The translations under genes and the position numbers were made by a program. Under the pieces are notes generated by a model. The model worked only from the letters and a program-made list of their open reading frames with translations. It was not told the origin of the DNA and ran no database searches. From Vogesella mureinivorans (GTDB taxonomy: Bacteria; Pseudomonadota; Gammaproteobacteria; Burkholderiales; Chromobacteriaceae), in assembly GCF_007644035.1 (NCBI RefSeq), contig NZ_VMTV02000134.1:297548-321547 (forward strand): a DNA stretch of 24,000 nt, written 5' to 3'. Below, one piece after another: positions 1-8,401 of the stretch (positions are counted from its first letter, which is position 1; the number at the start of each line of letters is the position of its first letter).

Positions 1-149
1 GGGCGGCAGGCAAGGTGCGCTCGGTGCTGGCGCAGGACAAACCATTGGGCTTGTATCTGTCACACCGCTTTATGGCACAACAGCCGGCGGCGTTTGCCGC
101 CAAGCTGCAGCGGGCACTCGCCCGTTGCCAGCCTGCTACACCGCGTTAG
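1..149 (+). CDS. 3-prime end of an unidentified upstream gene (partial, runs off the window start)
   Basis: Frame 3 is open from the window edge to TAG at 147-149 (...GKVRSVLAQDKPLGLYLSHRFMAQQPAAFAAKLQRALARCQPATPR*). Third codon positions are G/C-rich, as in the confirmed genes. It is convergent with nagK and overlaps its last 14 nt. There is no start in the window and no family can be assigned. Confidence 0.3.
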   Translation, partial: AAGKVRSVLAQDKPLGLYLSHRFMAQQPAAFAAKLQRALARCQPATPR

Positions 150-1065
150 TCGCCGCCTGCCTACCCAAGGGCAGGAACGCTGCGCCGCGTACGCCGCCGG
201 CGTCGCCGTGGCGGGCTTTTTCGATGCGCGGCACGCGGGCAAATTTCAGCATATAGCGCGGCAGGCGCTTGGGCAGCTCGCGGTATAGCTCGTCAAAGTT
301 GGATAGCCCGCCGCCCAGCACCACCAGCGCCGGGTCCAGTATGGCCAGGTAGCCGGCAAAGCAGCAGGCGGTCAGCTCGAAGAACTGCTCCACAAACACC
401 ACCGTCGCCGGGTGGCCCTCACGGTAGCGCTGGATGATGTCCTGTGCGGCCAACCTTTCGCTGAAACGGTGAAAAAACAGCTGCTCGAAGCCGCGGCCGG
501 ACAGGTAGTTGTCTATGCAGCCACGTTGGCCGCAGCCGCAGGAAAACACCGGCAAGTCGCCACCAAAAGCCTGTAGCGCATCGATAGGCAGGCGCATGTG
601 GCCCAGCTCGCCGGCCACGTGGTTCAGGCCGTTGTGGATCTGGCCGCGAAAAATCATGCCGGCACCCACGCCGGTACCCAGGATCACGCCCAGCACCGAG
701 GCCAGATGCTGGTTGGCCGCATCCATGGCTTCGGACAGTGCAAAGCAGTTGGCGTCGTTATCGATATACACCGGGCGGCCCAGGCGTTCTTGCAGGTCTT
801 CCTGCAGGCGGCGGCCATTGGCCGCGGGTACGTTGGCCGTCAGCAGGCTGCCGCTGATGCTGTCGATAATGCCGGGGATCCCCAGCCCCACGCTGCCCTG
901 GCAGCCAAGCTCACTGTCGGCCTGCCGCACGGTATGGCACAGCTCGTCCAGCAGGGTGGCGTAATCTTTGGGGGTAGCAAAGCGGTGCTGGCGTACGCGG
1001 CTGAGCGTGCCGTCGAAGGCGCCGAACGCGATTTTGGTACCACCGATGTCAAATCCGTAAAGCAT
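136..1065 (-). CDS. nagK: N-acetyl-D-glucosamine kinase (ROK family)
   Basis: 309-aa ORF. The N-terminus MLYGFDIGGTKIAFGAF is a ROK ATP-binding motif. It also has DNDANCFALSEA, GTGVGAG, the zinc motif GELGHMRLP...CGCGQRGCIDNYLSGRG, and the C-terminal VPRIEKARHGDAGGVRGAAFL. By my recollection of the E. coli NagK sequence the two are collinear along the whole length. It sits in a GlcNAc-utilisation context. Confidence 0.9.
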   Translation of the reverse strand: MLYGFDIGGTKIAFGAFDGTLSRVRQHRFATPKDYATLLDELCHTVRQADSELGCQGSVGLGIPGIIDSISGSLLTANVPAANGRRLQEDLQERLGRPVYIDNDANCFALSEAMDAANQHLASVLGVILGTGVGAGMIFRGQIHNGLNHVAGELGHMRLPIDALQAFGGDLPVFSCGCGQRGCIDNYLSGRGFEQLFFHRFSERLAAQDIIQRYREGHPATVVFVEQFFELTACCFAGYLAILDPALVVLGGGLSNFDELYRELPKRLPRYMLKFARVPRIEKARHGDAGGVRGAAFLPLGRQAATNAV

Positions 1066-1251
1066 GGTGAAGTCAGTCTTGGCTAGGAGGCCTGGCGTGC
1101 CTGCGGTTGGTGTCCGGGGTGCCGGGCAAAGTAATGGCGAAGCAAAAAAGTGCCGTTGCCGGTATATCTGCGCAAGGCGCTACAGGCAACGGCCAAGCTC
1201 TGCATGACCTCTCCAGAGGTTGGCAAGGCAGGATTCTACCTTACCCGCCCT

Positions 1252-1273
1252 GAAAACCGGGCTTGCGCCCGGG
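1252..1273 (-). terminator. Rho-independent terminator downstream of the porin gene
   Basis: On the minus strand: CCGGGC-GCAA-GCCCGG (1257-1262 / 1267-1272) followed by TTTTC. It lies 20 nt after the porin stop codon. Confidence 0.6.
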
Positions 1274-1292
1274 TACTACCAATCGGTCTGGT

Positions 1293-2321
1293 TTAGAAAC
1301 CGATCCACACACCAGTCAGGAACTGGTTGGTGTCTTTTGCGCCGCTGGCTTTCGGGGCCACCTTGGTCAGGCGGGCGTACCACTCGGCGCCACCGCCGAT
1401 ATCACGGCCGTACTGCACGGCAACGCGGCTGTAGTCGTCTGCCACGCCGGTGTTGTTCTGGTTCATGTAAGCCGCCTTGATATAGCCGGCCTTGCCCATG
1501 GTGTAGGTCAGGCCCAGCGAGGTTTCGCTGCCTTTGTTGGTTTGCTTGCCGGCTTTTTCCTGTTTGTAGGACTGCACCATGGCGCGCAGGGTCAGGTCGT
1601 CGCTGACGCCTACCGAGGCAGCCAGGTATTGCTGGCTGTTTTCGGTGTCGTTGGTCACGGTAGTGGTTTCAGTAACGACGCCGGTACCCAGATCCGCCTT
1701 GGATTCCTTGGTTTTGGTGGCAGGTTTGCCGCCCAGTACACCGGCGTACAGCGTGGCTTTACCCAGGGCCAGGGTACCGGCCAGGTCGTATACGCTGTCT
1801 TTGTTGTGTTTCTCGTTGCCCCAGCCGTGCTGTGCGCTAAAGCTGAAGTTGCCCAGCGCGGGCGACTGGTAGCTCAGGGTGTTCGGCAGGTACACCTTGC
1901 TGGTGACTTTGCCGGCACCGCCTTCGGCGACAGGCCAGAAGCCGACTTGGCCAAATGGCCAGTCCAGGGTGAGGTAGCTGTTGATGAAGGCGCGGCCGGC
2001 CTTCACGGTACCAAAGTCGCCAGACAGGGTGACATACGCTTCGCGGCTGCCGATACCCACTTTGTTCTCTACGGTTTCACCGGTGGCGATCTTTTGCGAG
2101 ATACGCGCGCCCAGTTTGTTGCCGCCGGCGATTTCCTTGCTGGCGTCAATATTCAGCAGCAGGGCACGGTCCAGCTCGCTGCTGGTGGTTTTGCCGTTGT
2201 CGGTCACGATGTAGTTGGCTTCGGCCGAGCCGCTGAGTTTGAAAATATCGGTCCAGCCATCGGCAAAAGCCGGGGTAGCGGTGAGCGAGGCGATGATCAG
2301 TGCCAGGGTTTTGCGTTGCAT
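1293..2321 (-). CDS. Outer-membrane general-porin-family protein, probably sugar/chitooligosaccharide-associated by context
   Basis: 342 aa. Signal peptide MQRKTLALIIASLTATPAFA-DG. The sequence is rich in alternating G/Y/T/S/N beta-strand patterns and ends in an aromatic residue (...TGVWIGF), typical of beta-barrel porins. SD GGAGAA lies upstream. The gene is embedded between the ABC ATPase and nagK. Confidence 0.8.
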   Translation of the reverse strand: MQRKTLALIIASLTATPAFADGWTDIFKLSGSAEANYIVTDNGKTTSSELDRALLLNIDASKEIAGGNKLGARISQKIATGETVENKVGIGSREAYVTLSGDFGTVKAGRAFINSYLTLDWPFGQVGFWPVAEGGAGKVTSKVYLPNTLSYQSPALGNFSFSAQHGWGNEKHNKDSVYDLAGTLALGKATLYAGVLGGKPATKTKESKADLGTGVVTETTTVTNDTENSQQYLAASVGVSDDLTLRAMVQSYKQEKAGKQTNKGSETSLGLTYTMGKAGYIKAAYMNQNNTGVADDYSRVAVQYGRDIGGGAEWYARLTKVAPKASGAKDTNQFLTGVWIGF

Positions 2322-2424
2322 GTGAAATTCTCCGTTTGCTGTGTTGGTGCTGCCTGCTCAATGCCTATGTCATTCAAGGTGGGCGTGACATGGCATTCTT
2401 TTGTTGAGCGTGATTTTTCGCCCG

Positions 2425-3510
2425 TTAAAACGTGTGTTCTGTGCGGCGTATGGCCTGGCCGTCCGGGCCAAACAAATGACACTGCGCGGTATCAATGGCC
2501 AGCCAGGCGCGGCTGCCGCTAGCCGGGGCCGTGCTGTCACTGCCCAGCTTCACGGCCAGTGGTTCGCTTTGGCCGGCGGCACGGGCGTACACGATCTGCA
2601 CATCGCCCAGGTGCTCTACCAGCTCTACCGTCACCGGTACGCCGTGCTCGGCAAAGCGCAGGTGCTCGGCGCGAATGCCCAGCGTCAGCTCGCCTTCGGC
2701 GCGGGCGCCCGGCAGGGTGAGCAGCTCGCCGCCTGGCAGCCGGATGCTGGTGCTGTGGCCAAAAATGCTGGCGCTTACCGGCAGGAAGTTCATCTTGGGG
2801 CTGCCCAGAAAGCCCGCCACAAACAGGTTGGCCGGGTGCTGGTACAGCGCCAGCGGCGTGCCGACCTGCTCGATGCGGCCAGCGTTGAACACGGCGATGC
2901 GGTCGCCCATGGTCATGGCTTCTACCTGGTCGTGCGTCACGTAGATCATGGTGCTGCCCAGGTCCTGGTGCAGGCGGGTCAGCTCGATGCGCATCTGTAC
3001 GCGCAGCGCGGCGTCCAGGTTGGAGAGCGGTTCGTCAAACAGGAATACATCGGGTTTGCGCACAATGGCGCGGCCAATGGCTACGCGCTGGCGCTGGCCG
3101 CCGGATAGCGCCTTGGGTTTGCGCTCCAGCAGGTGGCCGATTTGCAGGATGTCGGACGCGCGGGTGACGGCCTCGTTGATTTCCTGCTTGCTTTTGCCGG
3201 CCAGCTTCAGGCCGAAAGCCATGTTTTCGCGCACGGTCATGTGCGGGTACAGCGCGTAGCTCTGGAACACCATGGCCACGCCGCGTTTGGCTGGCGGCAC
3301 GTCGTTGGCCAGCGTGTCGCCTATCCACACTTCGCCCGCGCTGATGTCTTCCAGGCCGGCAATCATGCGCATCATGGTGGACTTGCCACAGCCGGACGGG
3401 CCGACAAACACCATGAATTCGCCATCGCGGATATCCAGATCCACGCCGTGAATCACGGTGGGGCCTTCGTCGTAGGTTTTCTTGATTTGCTTCAGTTTCA
3501 GTTCAGCCAT
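2425..3510 (-). CDS. ABC sugar-transporter ATP-binding protein (MalK/UgpC/MsiK type)
   Basis: Walker A GPSGCGKST, Q-loop, ABC signature LSGGQRQRVAIGRA, Walker B VFLFDEPLSNLDA, H-loop YVTHDQ, plus a MalK-like C-terminal regulatory domain. I start it at MAELKLKQIKK (ATG at 3510). The track ORF extends to 3672, but that 54-codon Arg/Pro-rich extension overlaps the upstream GH3 gene and looks non-coding. Confidence 0.93.
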   Translation of the reverse strand: MAELKLKQIKKTYDEGPTVIHGVDLDIRDGEFMVFVGPSGCGKSTMMRMIAGLEDISAGEVWIGDTLANDVPPAKRGVAMVFQSYALYPHMTVRENMAFGLKLAGKSKQEINEAVTRASDILQIGHLLERKPKALSGGQRQRVAIGRAIVRKPDVFLFDEPLSNLDAALRVQMRIELTRLHQDLGSTMIYVTHDQVEAMTMGDRIAVFNAGRIEQVGTPLALYQHPANLFVAGFLGSPKMNFLPVSASIFGHSTSIRLPGGELLTLPGARAEGELTLGIRAEHLRFAEHGVPVTVELVEHLGDVQIVYARAAGQSEPLAVKLGSDSTAPASGSRAWLAIDTAQCHLFGPDGQAIRRTEHTF

Positions 3511-3530
3511 GTTCTTTTCCTTGGTGCGGC

Positions 3531-5015
3531 TCAGGCCAGGCGGGCCGGCATGCGGCCGGTGGCGTCCAGCGTGCCCAGCAGCCAGTCGGCTACCGCGTGC
3601 AGGGCAGCGTCGGCAAAACCGTAGGTCAGCAGGGCGGGGGCGTTCAGGTCGGCGGCGGCGTAGGGGTTCCACAGCGCCAGGTGCAGGTCGGGCTGCCAGC
3701 TGGCGGCCTCGCGCGCGCCGTAGCGTTCGCGGGTAGTCGATGCCAGTACGGTGTAGCGGCCATCCTGCGGCAGCGTGGCCCAGTCCAGCGCCTGGCGGCT
3801 GGCAAAGGTCACCACGTCCAGGTCGAAGTGCTGGCGCAGCACGCCAATCAGCGTGTCGGCCGACAGCCCGGCCTCGGAGACACCGTCGGACGGTGCCTGC
3901 TGCTGCAGGACCAGGCGCAGCTGGCGCGATGTTGGCCGCAGCGGCTGGCCGTGGGCGGTGAGCGCGCGGCGCCAGGCGCTGGCAAACAGCGCCACGTCGG
4001 CGGCTTCTTGTGCCGGGCTGTAGCTGCGGGTGCGGCTGGGGTGGCGTGCTACCAGGGCGTTAACGCGCTGCTCGGCCTCGGCCAGGCGCGCCGTGCCCAG
4101 GCTGCCGTCGTGTACGGCGTCTACTACTGCCTGGCGGCTGGCGGCCATTTCATCGACAAACTGCAGCACCAGCGACAGGTCGGCGCCAGCGCGCAGCGCC
4201 TGCGCGGTACCGGCGGCCTGGCCCCAGCGTTCGCGGATGGCTTTCATGTTCATGCCGTCGGTAATGGCCACGCCCTGGTAGCCCCATTGCTGGCGCAGCA
4301 GGGTGCCCAGGATGGCGGGCGACAGCGTGGCGGGCCAGGCGTCGTCCAGCTGCGGAAACAGGATGTGCGCGCTCATCAGCGAGGCGCTGTGCGGCAGCAG
4401 GGCGCGGAACGGCGCCAGCTCGTAGTCGTCCAGCGCGGCGCGGCTTTTGTCTACCACCGGCAGGTCCAGGTGCGAGTCGGTGTGGGTGTCGCCGTGGCCG
4501 GGGAAGTGCTTCACGCAGCAGGCAATGTTTTCCTGCTGGTGGCCGCGCATCCACGCTGCGGCCAACCTCACCGCGCTTTCCGGGTGCTCGCCAAAGCTGC
4601 GCTCGCCAATCACCGGGTTTTGCGGGTTGTTGTTCAGGTCCAGCACCGGGCCGTAGTTCAGGTTGATGCCCAGCGAGGCCAGGCCACGCGCCAGCGCCGC
4701 GCCCACGTCGTGCGCCAGCGCCTCGTCGCCCACTGCGCCCAGCGCCATGGCCGACGGTGCTTGCGGCAGGAACAGCGTGCGCATCACGGCGCCGCCTTCC
4801 TGATCAATGCCGATCAGCACGTCGTCGCCGCAGGCTTCGCGCAGCTGCTGTACCAGCGCACGGGTTTGGGCGGCATCCTGCACATTGCGGCGGAACAGGC
4901 AGATGGCGCGGATATGGTTATCGCGCAGAAAGGTTTTTTCGGTGTCGCTCAGCGTGGTGCCGGCCACATCTACCATCAGGGCACGGCCGGCCAGGCGGTT
5001 CAGGTCTTGGCTCAT
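3531..5015 (-). CDS. Glycoside hydrolase family 3 beta-N-acetylhexosaminidase (NagZ-like catalytic domain with a C-terminal extension)
   Basis: 494 aa with no signal peptide. GH3 N-terminal domain motifs are present: GIDQEGG, NLNYGPVLDL, and KHFPGHGDTHTDSHLDLP (the NagZ-type D-H catalytic region). Its start overlaps the upstream permease stop (ATGA at 5012-5015), indicating translational coupling. Confidence 0.88.
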   Translation of the reverse strand: MSQDLNRLAGRALMVDVAGTTLSDTEKTFLRDNHIRAICLFRRNVQDAAQTRALVQQLREACGDDVLIGIDQEGGAVMRTLFLPQAPSAMALGAVGDEALAHDVGAALARGLASLGINLNYGPVLDLNNNPQNPVIGERSFGEHPESAVRLAAAWMRGHQQENIACCVKHFPGHGDTHTDSHLDLPVVDKSRAALDDYELAPFRALLPHSASLMSAHILFPQLDDAWPATLSPAILGTLLRQQWGYQGVAITDGMNMKAIRERWGQAAGTAQALRAGADLSLVLQFVDEMAASRQAVVDAVHDGSLGTARLAEAEQRVNALVARHPSRTRSYSPAQEAADVALFASAWRRALTAHGQPLRPTSRQLRLVLQQQAPSDGVSEAGLSADTLIGVLRQHFDLDVVTFASRQALDWATLPQDGRYTVLASTTRERYGAREAASWQPDLHLALWNPYAAADLNAPALLTYGFADAALHAVADWLLGTLDATGRMPARLA

Positions 5016-5890
5016 TTCACTGCTCCGTCAAAGCCGCGCAGGAAGTAGCGCTGGGTAAACAGAAACACCATCAGGATGGGCAGCACGGTCAGCACCGCAC
5101 CGGCGGCCACCACGCGAATCTTGAAACTGAAGGCACCAGACAGGTACAGCACGCCCACCGACAGCGGGAATTTGTCCGGGCTGGCCATCACGATGGACGG
5201 CCAGATGTACTGGTTCCACGCCGCCACCAGGGTCAGGATGGTGAGGGCGGCCAGCGCCGGGCGCGCCAGCGGCAGCATGATGTGCCAGAAGATTTGCCAC
5301 TCGGTGGCGCCGTCTACGCGGGCGGCGTCTACCAGGTCGTTTGGCACTGCCTCAAAGGCTTGCTTCATCAGGAAAATGCCCACCGCGCCCGCCAGGCCCG
5401 GCAGCACCACGCCGGTATAGGTGTCACCCATGCCCAGCTTGGACACGGTGATGAAGTTCACCAGGAAGTTCACCTCCGACGGCAGGATCATGGTGGCCAG
5501 AATGGCGCCAAACACGATATTGCGGCCGGGGAACTGCATGCGCGCCAGCGGGTAGGCCGCCATGCTGCACACAACCAGCGTACCGGCCACGGTGAGTACC
5601 GAAATGATGATGGAGTTCTTGTAGAACGCGATCACATCAATGGTCTGGAACACCTCCACAAAGTTGTCCAGGCCCGGGTTTTCCGGCCACATGCGCGGTG
5701 GGTAGGTAAACACATCGCCGCTGGTAGACAGTGCCGTCACCAGCGTCCACCAGAACGGGTACACGGTAATCACCGCCAGCAGGGTCAGCACCAGGTAGTG
5801 CAGCGTGCGGTTGGCCAGCTTGTTCATATTGATTTTCTTTGCCGTGGCAGCCCGCGGCATGGGCAGGGTTTTTTCCATGGCTTGCCTCAT
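5012..5890 (-). CDS. Carbohydrate ABC transporter permease (MalG/BPD_transp_1 type)
   Basis: 292 aa with about 6 hydrophobic segments. It has the EAA-type loop (DAARVDGATEWQIFWHIMLPLARPAL). ATGA overlaps occur at both ends (5887-5890 and 5012-5015). Confidence 0.88.
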   Translation of the reverse strand: MRQAMEKTLPMPRAATAKKINMNKLANRTLHYLVLTLLAVITVYPFWWTLVTALSTSGDVFTYPPRMWPENPGLDNFVEVFQTIDVIAFYKNSIIISVLTVAGTLVVCSMAAYPLARMQFPGRNIVFGAILATMILPSEVNFLVNFITVSKLGMGDTYTGVVLPGLAGAVGIFLMKQAFEAVPNDLVDAARVDGATEWQIFWHIMLPLARPALAALTILTLVAAWNQYIWPSIVMASPDKFPLSVGVLYLSGAFSFKIRVVAAGAVLTVLPILMVFLFTQRYFLRGFDGAVK

Positions 5891-6753
5891 TTCTTGCGCG
5901 GTTGCAGGTAGCGGAAGTTCAGCCAGGCCAGCGCCACGCAGAACACCGACATCACCAGGCTGGCAGCCAGTGCCCGGCCAAAGTTCAGCGACTTGATACC
6001 GAACTCGTAGGCGTAGAACAGTGCCGTATAGGTAGACTGCATCGGGCCACCCTTGGTCATGATCTGCACCTCCTCAAAGCACTTCACTGCGGCCAACATG
6101 GACATCACCGAGCACAGCAGGATGGTGGGCATCAGCAGCGGCACGGTAATTTTCCAGAAGCGCTGCCAGGCATTGGCACCGTCCAGCACCGCCGCTTCGT
6201 ACACGTCTTGCGGCACGCTCTGCAGGCCGGCCAGGTACAGCACCATGTACCAGCCCAGGCCGCGCCAGATGGTGACAAACATCACCGAAAACAGCGCAAT
6301 GCGGTCGTCGCTGAGCCAGCCTATGGGCTCGTTGATCACGTGCAGCCAGCGCAGCACCGCATTCAGCGCGCCGTCGTCGGTGTACATGAAGTTCCAGATC
6401 ACCCCGATGACCGACACCGTGGTGACCACCGGCAGGTAGTACGCCGCGCGGTAAAACTTGATACCCGGCAGCTGGTTGTTCACCAGCACCGCCAGCAAAA
6501 GGGCTAGCACCTGGATGGCAGGCACCACCAGCAGGTACAGCGCCGAGTTTTTCAGCGCGCTGATAAACAGTTCGTCGGCGAACAGCTCGCGAAAGTTATC
6601 CAGACCCACCCACACCGGGGCGTCGATCAGGTTGTATTGCGTAAACGCCAGGTAAGAGCCAAAGCCCACCGGCCAAAACGAAAACGCCATTAACAGCAGC
6701 AGTGCCGGGCCAAGAAACAGCCAGGCCTGCAGCGTATTTTTTCTGGAAGTCAT
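5887..6753 (-). CDS. Carbohydrate ABC transporter permease (MalF type)
   Basis: Multi-pass membrane protein with the EAA loop (YEAAVLDGANAWQRFWKITVPLLMP). I chose the start at MTSRKNTLQAWLFLGPALLLL (ATG at 6753). The track start at 6834 is a GTG buried in an intergenic hairpin. Confidence 0.88.
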   Translation of the reverse strand: MTSRKNTLQAWLFLGPALLLLMAFSFWPVGFGSYLAFTQYNLIDAPVWVGLDNFRELFADELFISALKNSALYLLVVPAIQVLALLLAVLVNNQLPGIKFYRAAYYLPVVTTVSVIGVIWNFMYTDDGALNAVLRWLHVINEPIGWLSDDRIALFSVMFVTIWRGLGWYMVLYLAGLQSVPQDVYEAAVLDGANAWQRFWKITVPLLMPTILLCSVMSMLAAVKCFEEVQIMTKGGPMQSTYTALFYAYEFGIKSLNFGRALAASLVMSVFCVALAWLNFRYLQPRKK

Positions 6754-6789
6754 ACTCACCGCACTTTGCAAACGTGATCCATAGCCCCC

Positions 6790-6814
6790 TTGGCCGCAGG
6801 CAAAGCCCGGCCAA
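6790..6814. repeat. Inverted pair of the window-wide TTGGCCG motif forming a hairpin
   Basis: TTGGCCG (6790-6796) and CGGCCAA (6808-6814) with an 11-nt loop, in the binding-protein/permease intergenic gap. Confidence 0.6.
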
Positions 6815-6842
6815 CCCTGCCTGCGCCGGGGCACAGGCAGGG
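6815..6842 (-). promoter_or_regulatory. Intercistronic GC-rich stem-loop (candidate mRNA stabiliser or partial terminator after the binding-protein gene)
   Basis: Perfect 9-bp stem CCCTGCCTG (6815-6823) / CAGGCAGGG (6834-6842) with a 10-nt loop and no U-tract. It lies in the 139-nt gap between the solute-binding-protein gene and the first permease gene. Confidence 0.45.
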
Positions 6843-6892
6843 CGGGTGTGAAGTGCCGTTACCGGGGTAACAGCCAGGCAATCACACGCGAA

Positions 6893-8146
6893 TTACAGTT
6901 TGCTGTTCCAGAAAGCCACGGCTTCATCCAGTGCCGCTTTCGGGTCTTTGCGGCCGGTGACGGCTTGCTCTACTGCGGCTGCCAGCTTGTTCGACAGCAC
7001 TTCCGGGTCTTTCACGCCAGACAGGAAAATGGTGCGGGTGCTATCCAGGCTGGAGGCCGCTACCGCTACCGCCTGCTCTACCGCGCCGCCCGGGGCCGCT
7101 ACGGTCTGGAAGTGCGGGTCTTTGGCCGCCTTGCCGCTGGTAGGCAGGGTGCCGGCCAGCTTGGAGAACGCCAGCTGGTTGGCGTCGTTAGTCAGGTAGT
7201 TGGCAAACTTGCCCACCTCCGGCAGCAGTGCCTTGTCCACGTTCTTTGCCACGGCAAAGTTGAACATCCAGCCGCCGGACGCAATGCCGGTCGGGCCTAC
7301 CGGGGCGGCCGCTACGGCAGTGGCCTTGTACAGCACCGGTGCTTCGTCACGGATACGGGTCAGCGAGGTAGGGGTGGAAACCAGCATGGCCATCTTGCCG
7401 GCGTTGTAAGCCTGCATCTGCACCTGGAAGTTATCCTGGGCAAACAGGTTGTCTTTCAGCAGCGCGCCAGCCTTGTAGGCATCGGCCAGCTTTTTCATCA
7501 TCGCCACGTGTGCCGGGCTGTTGAATACCGCCTTGCCGCCTTTCACCACGTCCAGGCCGTTCTGGATAAAGAAGCCTTCAATCTTGGTGGGGCCCAGCGT
7601 CGGGGCAAAGCCTGCTACACCGGTTTTAGCCTTGATGGCCTTGGAGAACGACAGCTGCTCGTCAAACGTCTTTGGCGCAGCCTTCAGGCCGGCGCGGGCA
7701 AAGATGTCTTTGTTGTAGGCAATCACGTTGGCGCCGTTGTAGTGCGGGAAGGCGTAGGTCTTGCCTTCAAAGGTCACGTCAGCCAGCGCGCCTTTCACAA
7801 ACTGTGTCTTGTTGATGATGGCGTCCACCGGCTGGATCAGGCCATCCTGCTTGTAGTCATACGCCCAGGGCACGTTCAGGTTCACCAGTGCCGGCGGTTT
7901 GCCGGCGCCTACCGCGGCAGTGAACTTGGCCTGAATCACATCCCACGGGTAGTCCGTCCACTTCACCTCTACGCCAGGGTTCTGCGCGTTGTACTTGCCC
8001 ACCAGGTCTTTGAAGTAGCCGTCGAATTTGGGCGACAGGCTCATGGTCCACACCTCGATCACCGGTTTGTCGGCGGCCAGGGCGCTAAAAGAGGTAGTCA
8101 GGCCAACGGCCAGCAGCGTGGCGCTGGCGATAGATTTCAGTTTCAT
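6893..8146 (-). CDS. ABC transporter extracellular solute-binding protein (family 1, sugar/chitooligosaccharide type)
   Basis: Signal peptide MKLKSIASATLLAVGLTTSFSALA-ADKP, starting at ATG 8146. The track start at 8200 adds 18 unlikely residues. Length is about 417 aa. It is the first gene of the permease/ATPase operon and has typical SBP_bac_1 composition (W/Y/K-rich, GKxxA motifs). Confidence 0.88.
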   Translation of the reverse strand: MKLKSIASATLLAVGLTTSFSALAADKPVIEVWTMSLSPKFDGYFKDLVGKYNAQNPGVEVKWTDYPWDVIQAKFTAAVGAGKPPALVNLNVPWAYDYKQDGLIQPVDAIINKTQFVKGALADVTFEGKTYAFPHYNGANVIAYNKDIFARAGLKAAPKTFDEQLSFSKAIKAKTGVAGFAPTLGPTKIEGFFIQNGLDVVKGGKAVFNSPAHVAMMKKLADAYKAGALLKDNLFAQDNFQVQMQAYNAGKMAMLVSTPTSLTRIRDEAPVLYKATAVAAAPVGPTGIASGGWMFNFAVAKNVDKALLPEVGKFANYLTNDANQLAFSKLAGTLPTSGKAAKDPHFQTVAAPGGAVEQAVAVAASSLDSTRTIFLSGVKDPEVLSNKLAAAVEQAVTGRKDPKAALDEAVAFWNSKL

Positions 8147-8293
8147 GCTCGGACTCTCGTTCGGGTTGTGTTGTGGTGGCGGCCGGCCTGCGTGTGTCAC
8201 GGCTGGCGTTCCTTTGGCAGCATTCGGCTACCGGTCTCTTGTTGGCAGCCACACTGGGCGGTTCTTGTATGGCCTTGGTGTGTCTGCCATTTC

Positions 8294-8322
8294 AATCTAA
8301 TACCAGAAAAATACCAGAGCAA
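8294..8322 (-). promoter_or_regulatory. Candidate sigma-70 promoter of the chitooligosaccharide operon
   Basis: On the minus strand: TTGCTC (8322-8317), a 17-nt spacer, then TAGATT (8299-8294). The spacer and flanks are occupied by the TGGTATT repeats. This would give a leader of about 140 nt beginning with an 11-bp imperfect hairpin (8244-8254 / 8278-8288). Confidence 0.35.
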
Positions 8323-8328
8323 TACCAA
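8299..8328 (-). promoter_or_regulatory. Three tandem TGGTATT operator repeats (NagQ/GntR-type GlcNAc regulator site, by recollection of published comparative genomics)
   Basis: The minus strand reads TGGTATT-gctc-TGGTATT-tttc-TGGTATT. These are three perfect heptamers with exactly 11-bp periodicity, at plus-strand 8299, 8310 and 8321. They overlap the predicted promoter. Confidence 0.55.
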
Positions 8329-8387
8329 TGTAAAACCTTTGTTAAATGTTGCAGTGCAGCTACATCAAAAATGCAACAAAACGGCAC

Positions 8388-8401
8388 TGGTATCGATACC
8401 A
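8388..8401. promoter_or_regulatory. Perfect 14-bp palindrome built from the same half-site (TGGTAT-CG-ATACCA)
   Basis: TGGTATCGATACCA at 8388-8401, about 60 bp upstream of the tandem repeats relative to the operon. It uses the same hexamer as the TGGTATT repeats in an inverted arrangement. Confidence 0.45.

Noticed and set aside
1141-1194. Long-loop inverted repeat GCCGTTGCC...GGCAACGGC followed (on the minus strand) by TTTTTTGC, between the porin and nagK
   Set aside because: The 24-nt loop makes it a poor intrinsic terminator, and a cleaner terminator lies at 1252-1273. It could be a regulatory structure, but the evidence is too weak to call.
1263-2522. 419-aa plus-strand ORF overlapping the porin gene
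   Set aside because: It is antisense to a well-supported porin CDS. The translation is low-complexity and G/A/V/R-rich, typical of a high-GC shadow frame, and no motifs are present.
3511-3672. 54-codon N-terminal extension of the ABC ATPase in the ORF track
   Set aside because: The extension is Arg/Pro-rich and overlaps the 3-prime end of the GH3 gene. The canonical ATPase N-terminus begins at MAELKLKQIKK (ATG 3510). Similar unsupported upstream extensions were trimmed for the permease (6834), the binding protein (8200), proS (10840), RDD (13904), ilvH (15840), pssA (17520), AraC (19285), the esterase (19391) and the receptor (20336).
3597-5048. 483-aa plus-strand ORF (also 4757-5911, 5839-6507 and 6848-8410 on the plus strand)
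   Set aside because: All lie antisense to the GH3, permease and binding-protein genes. Their Arg/Gly/Ala/Gln/His-rich low-complexity translations are classic shadow ORFs of GC3-rich genes.
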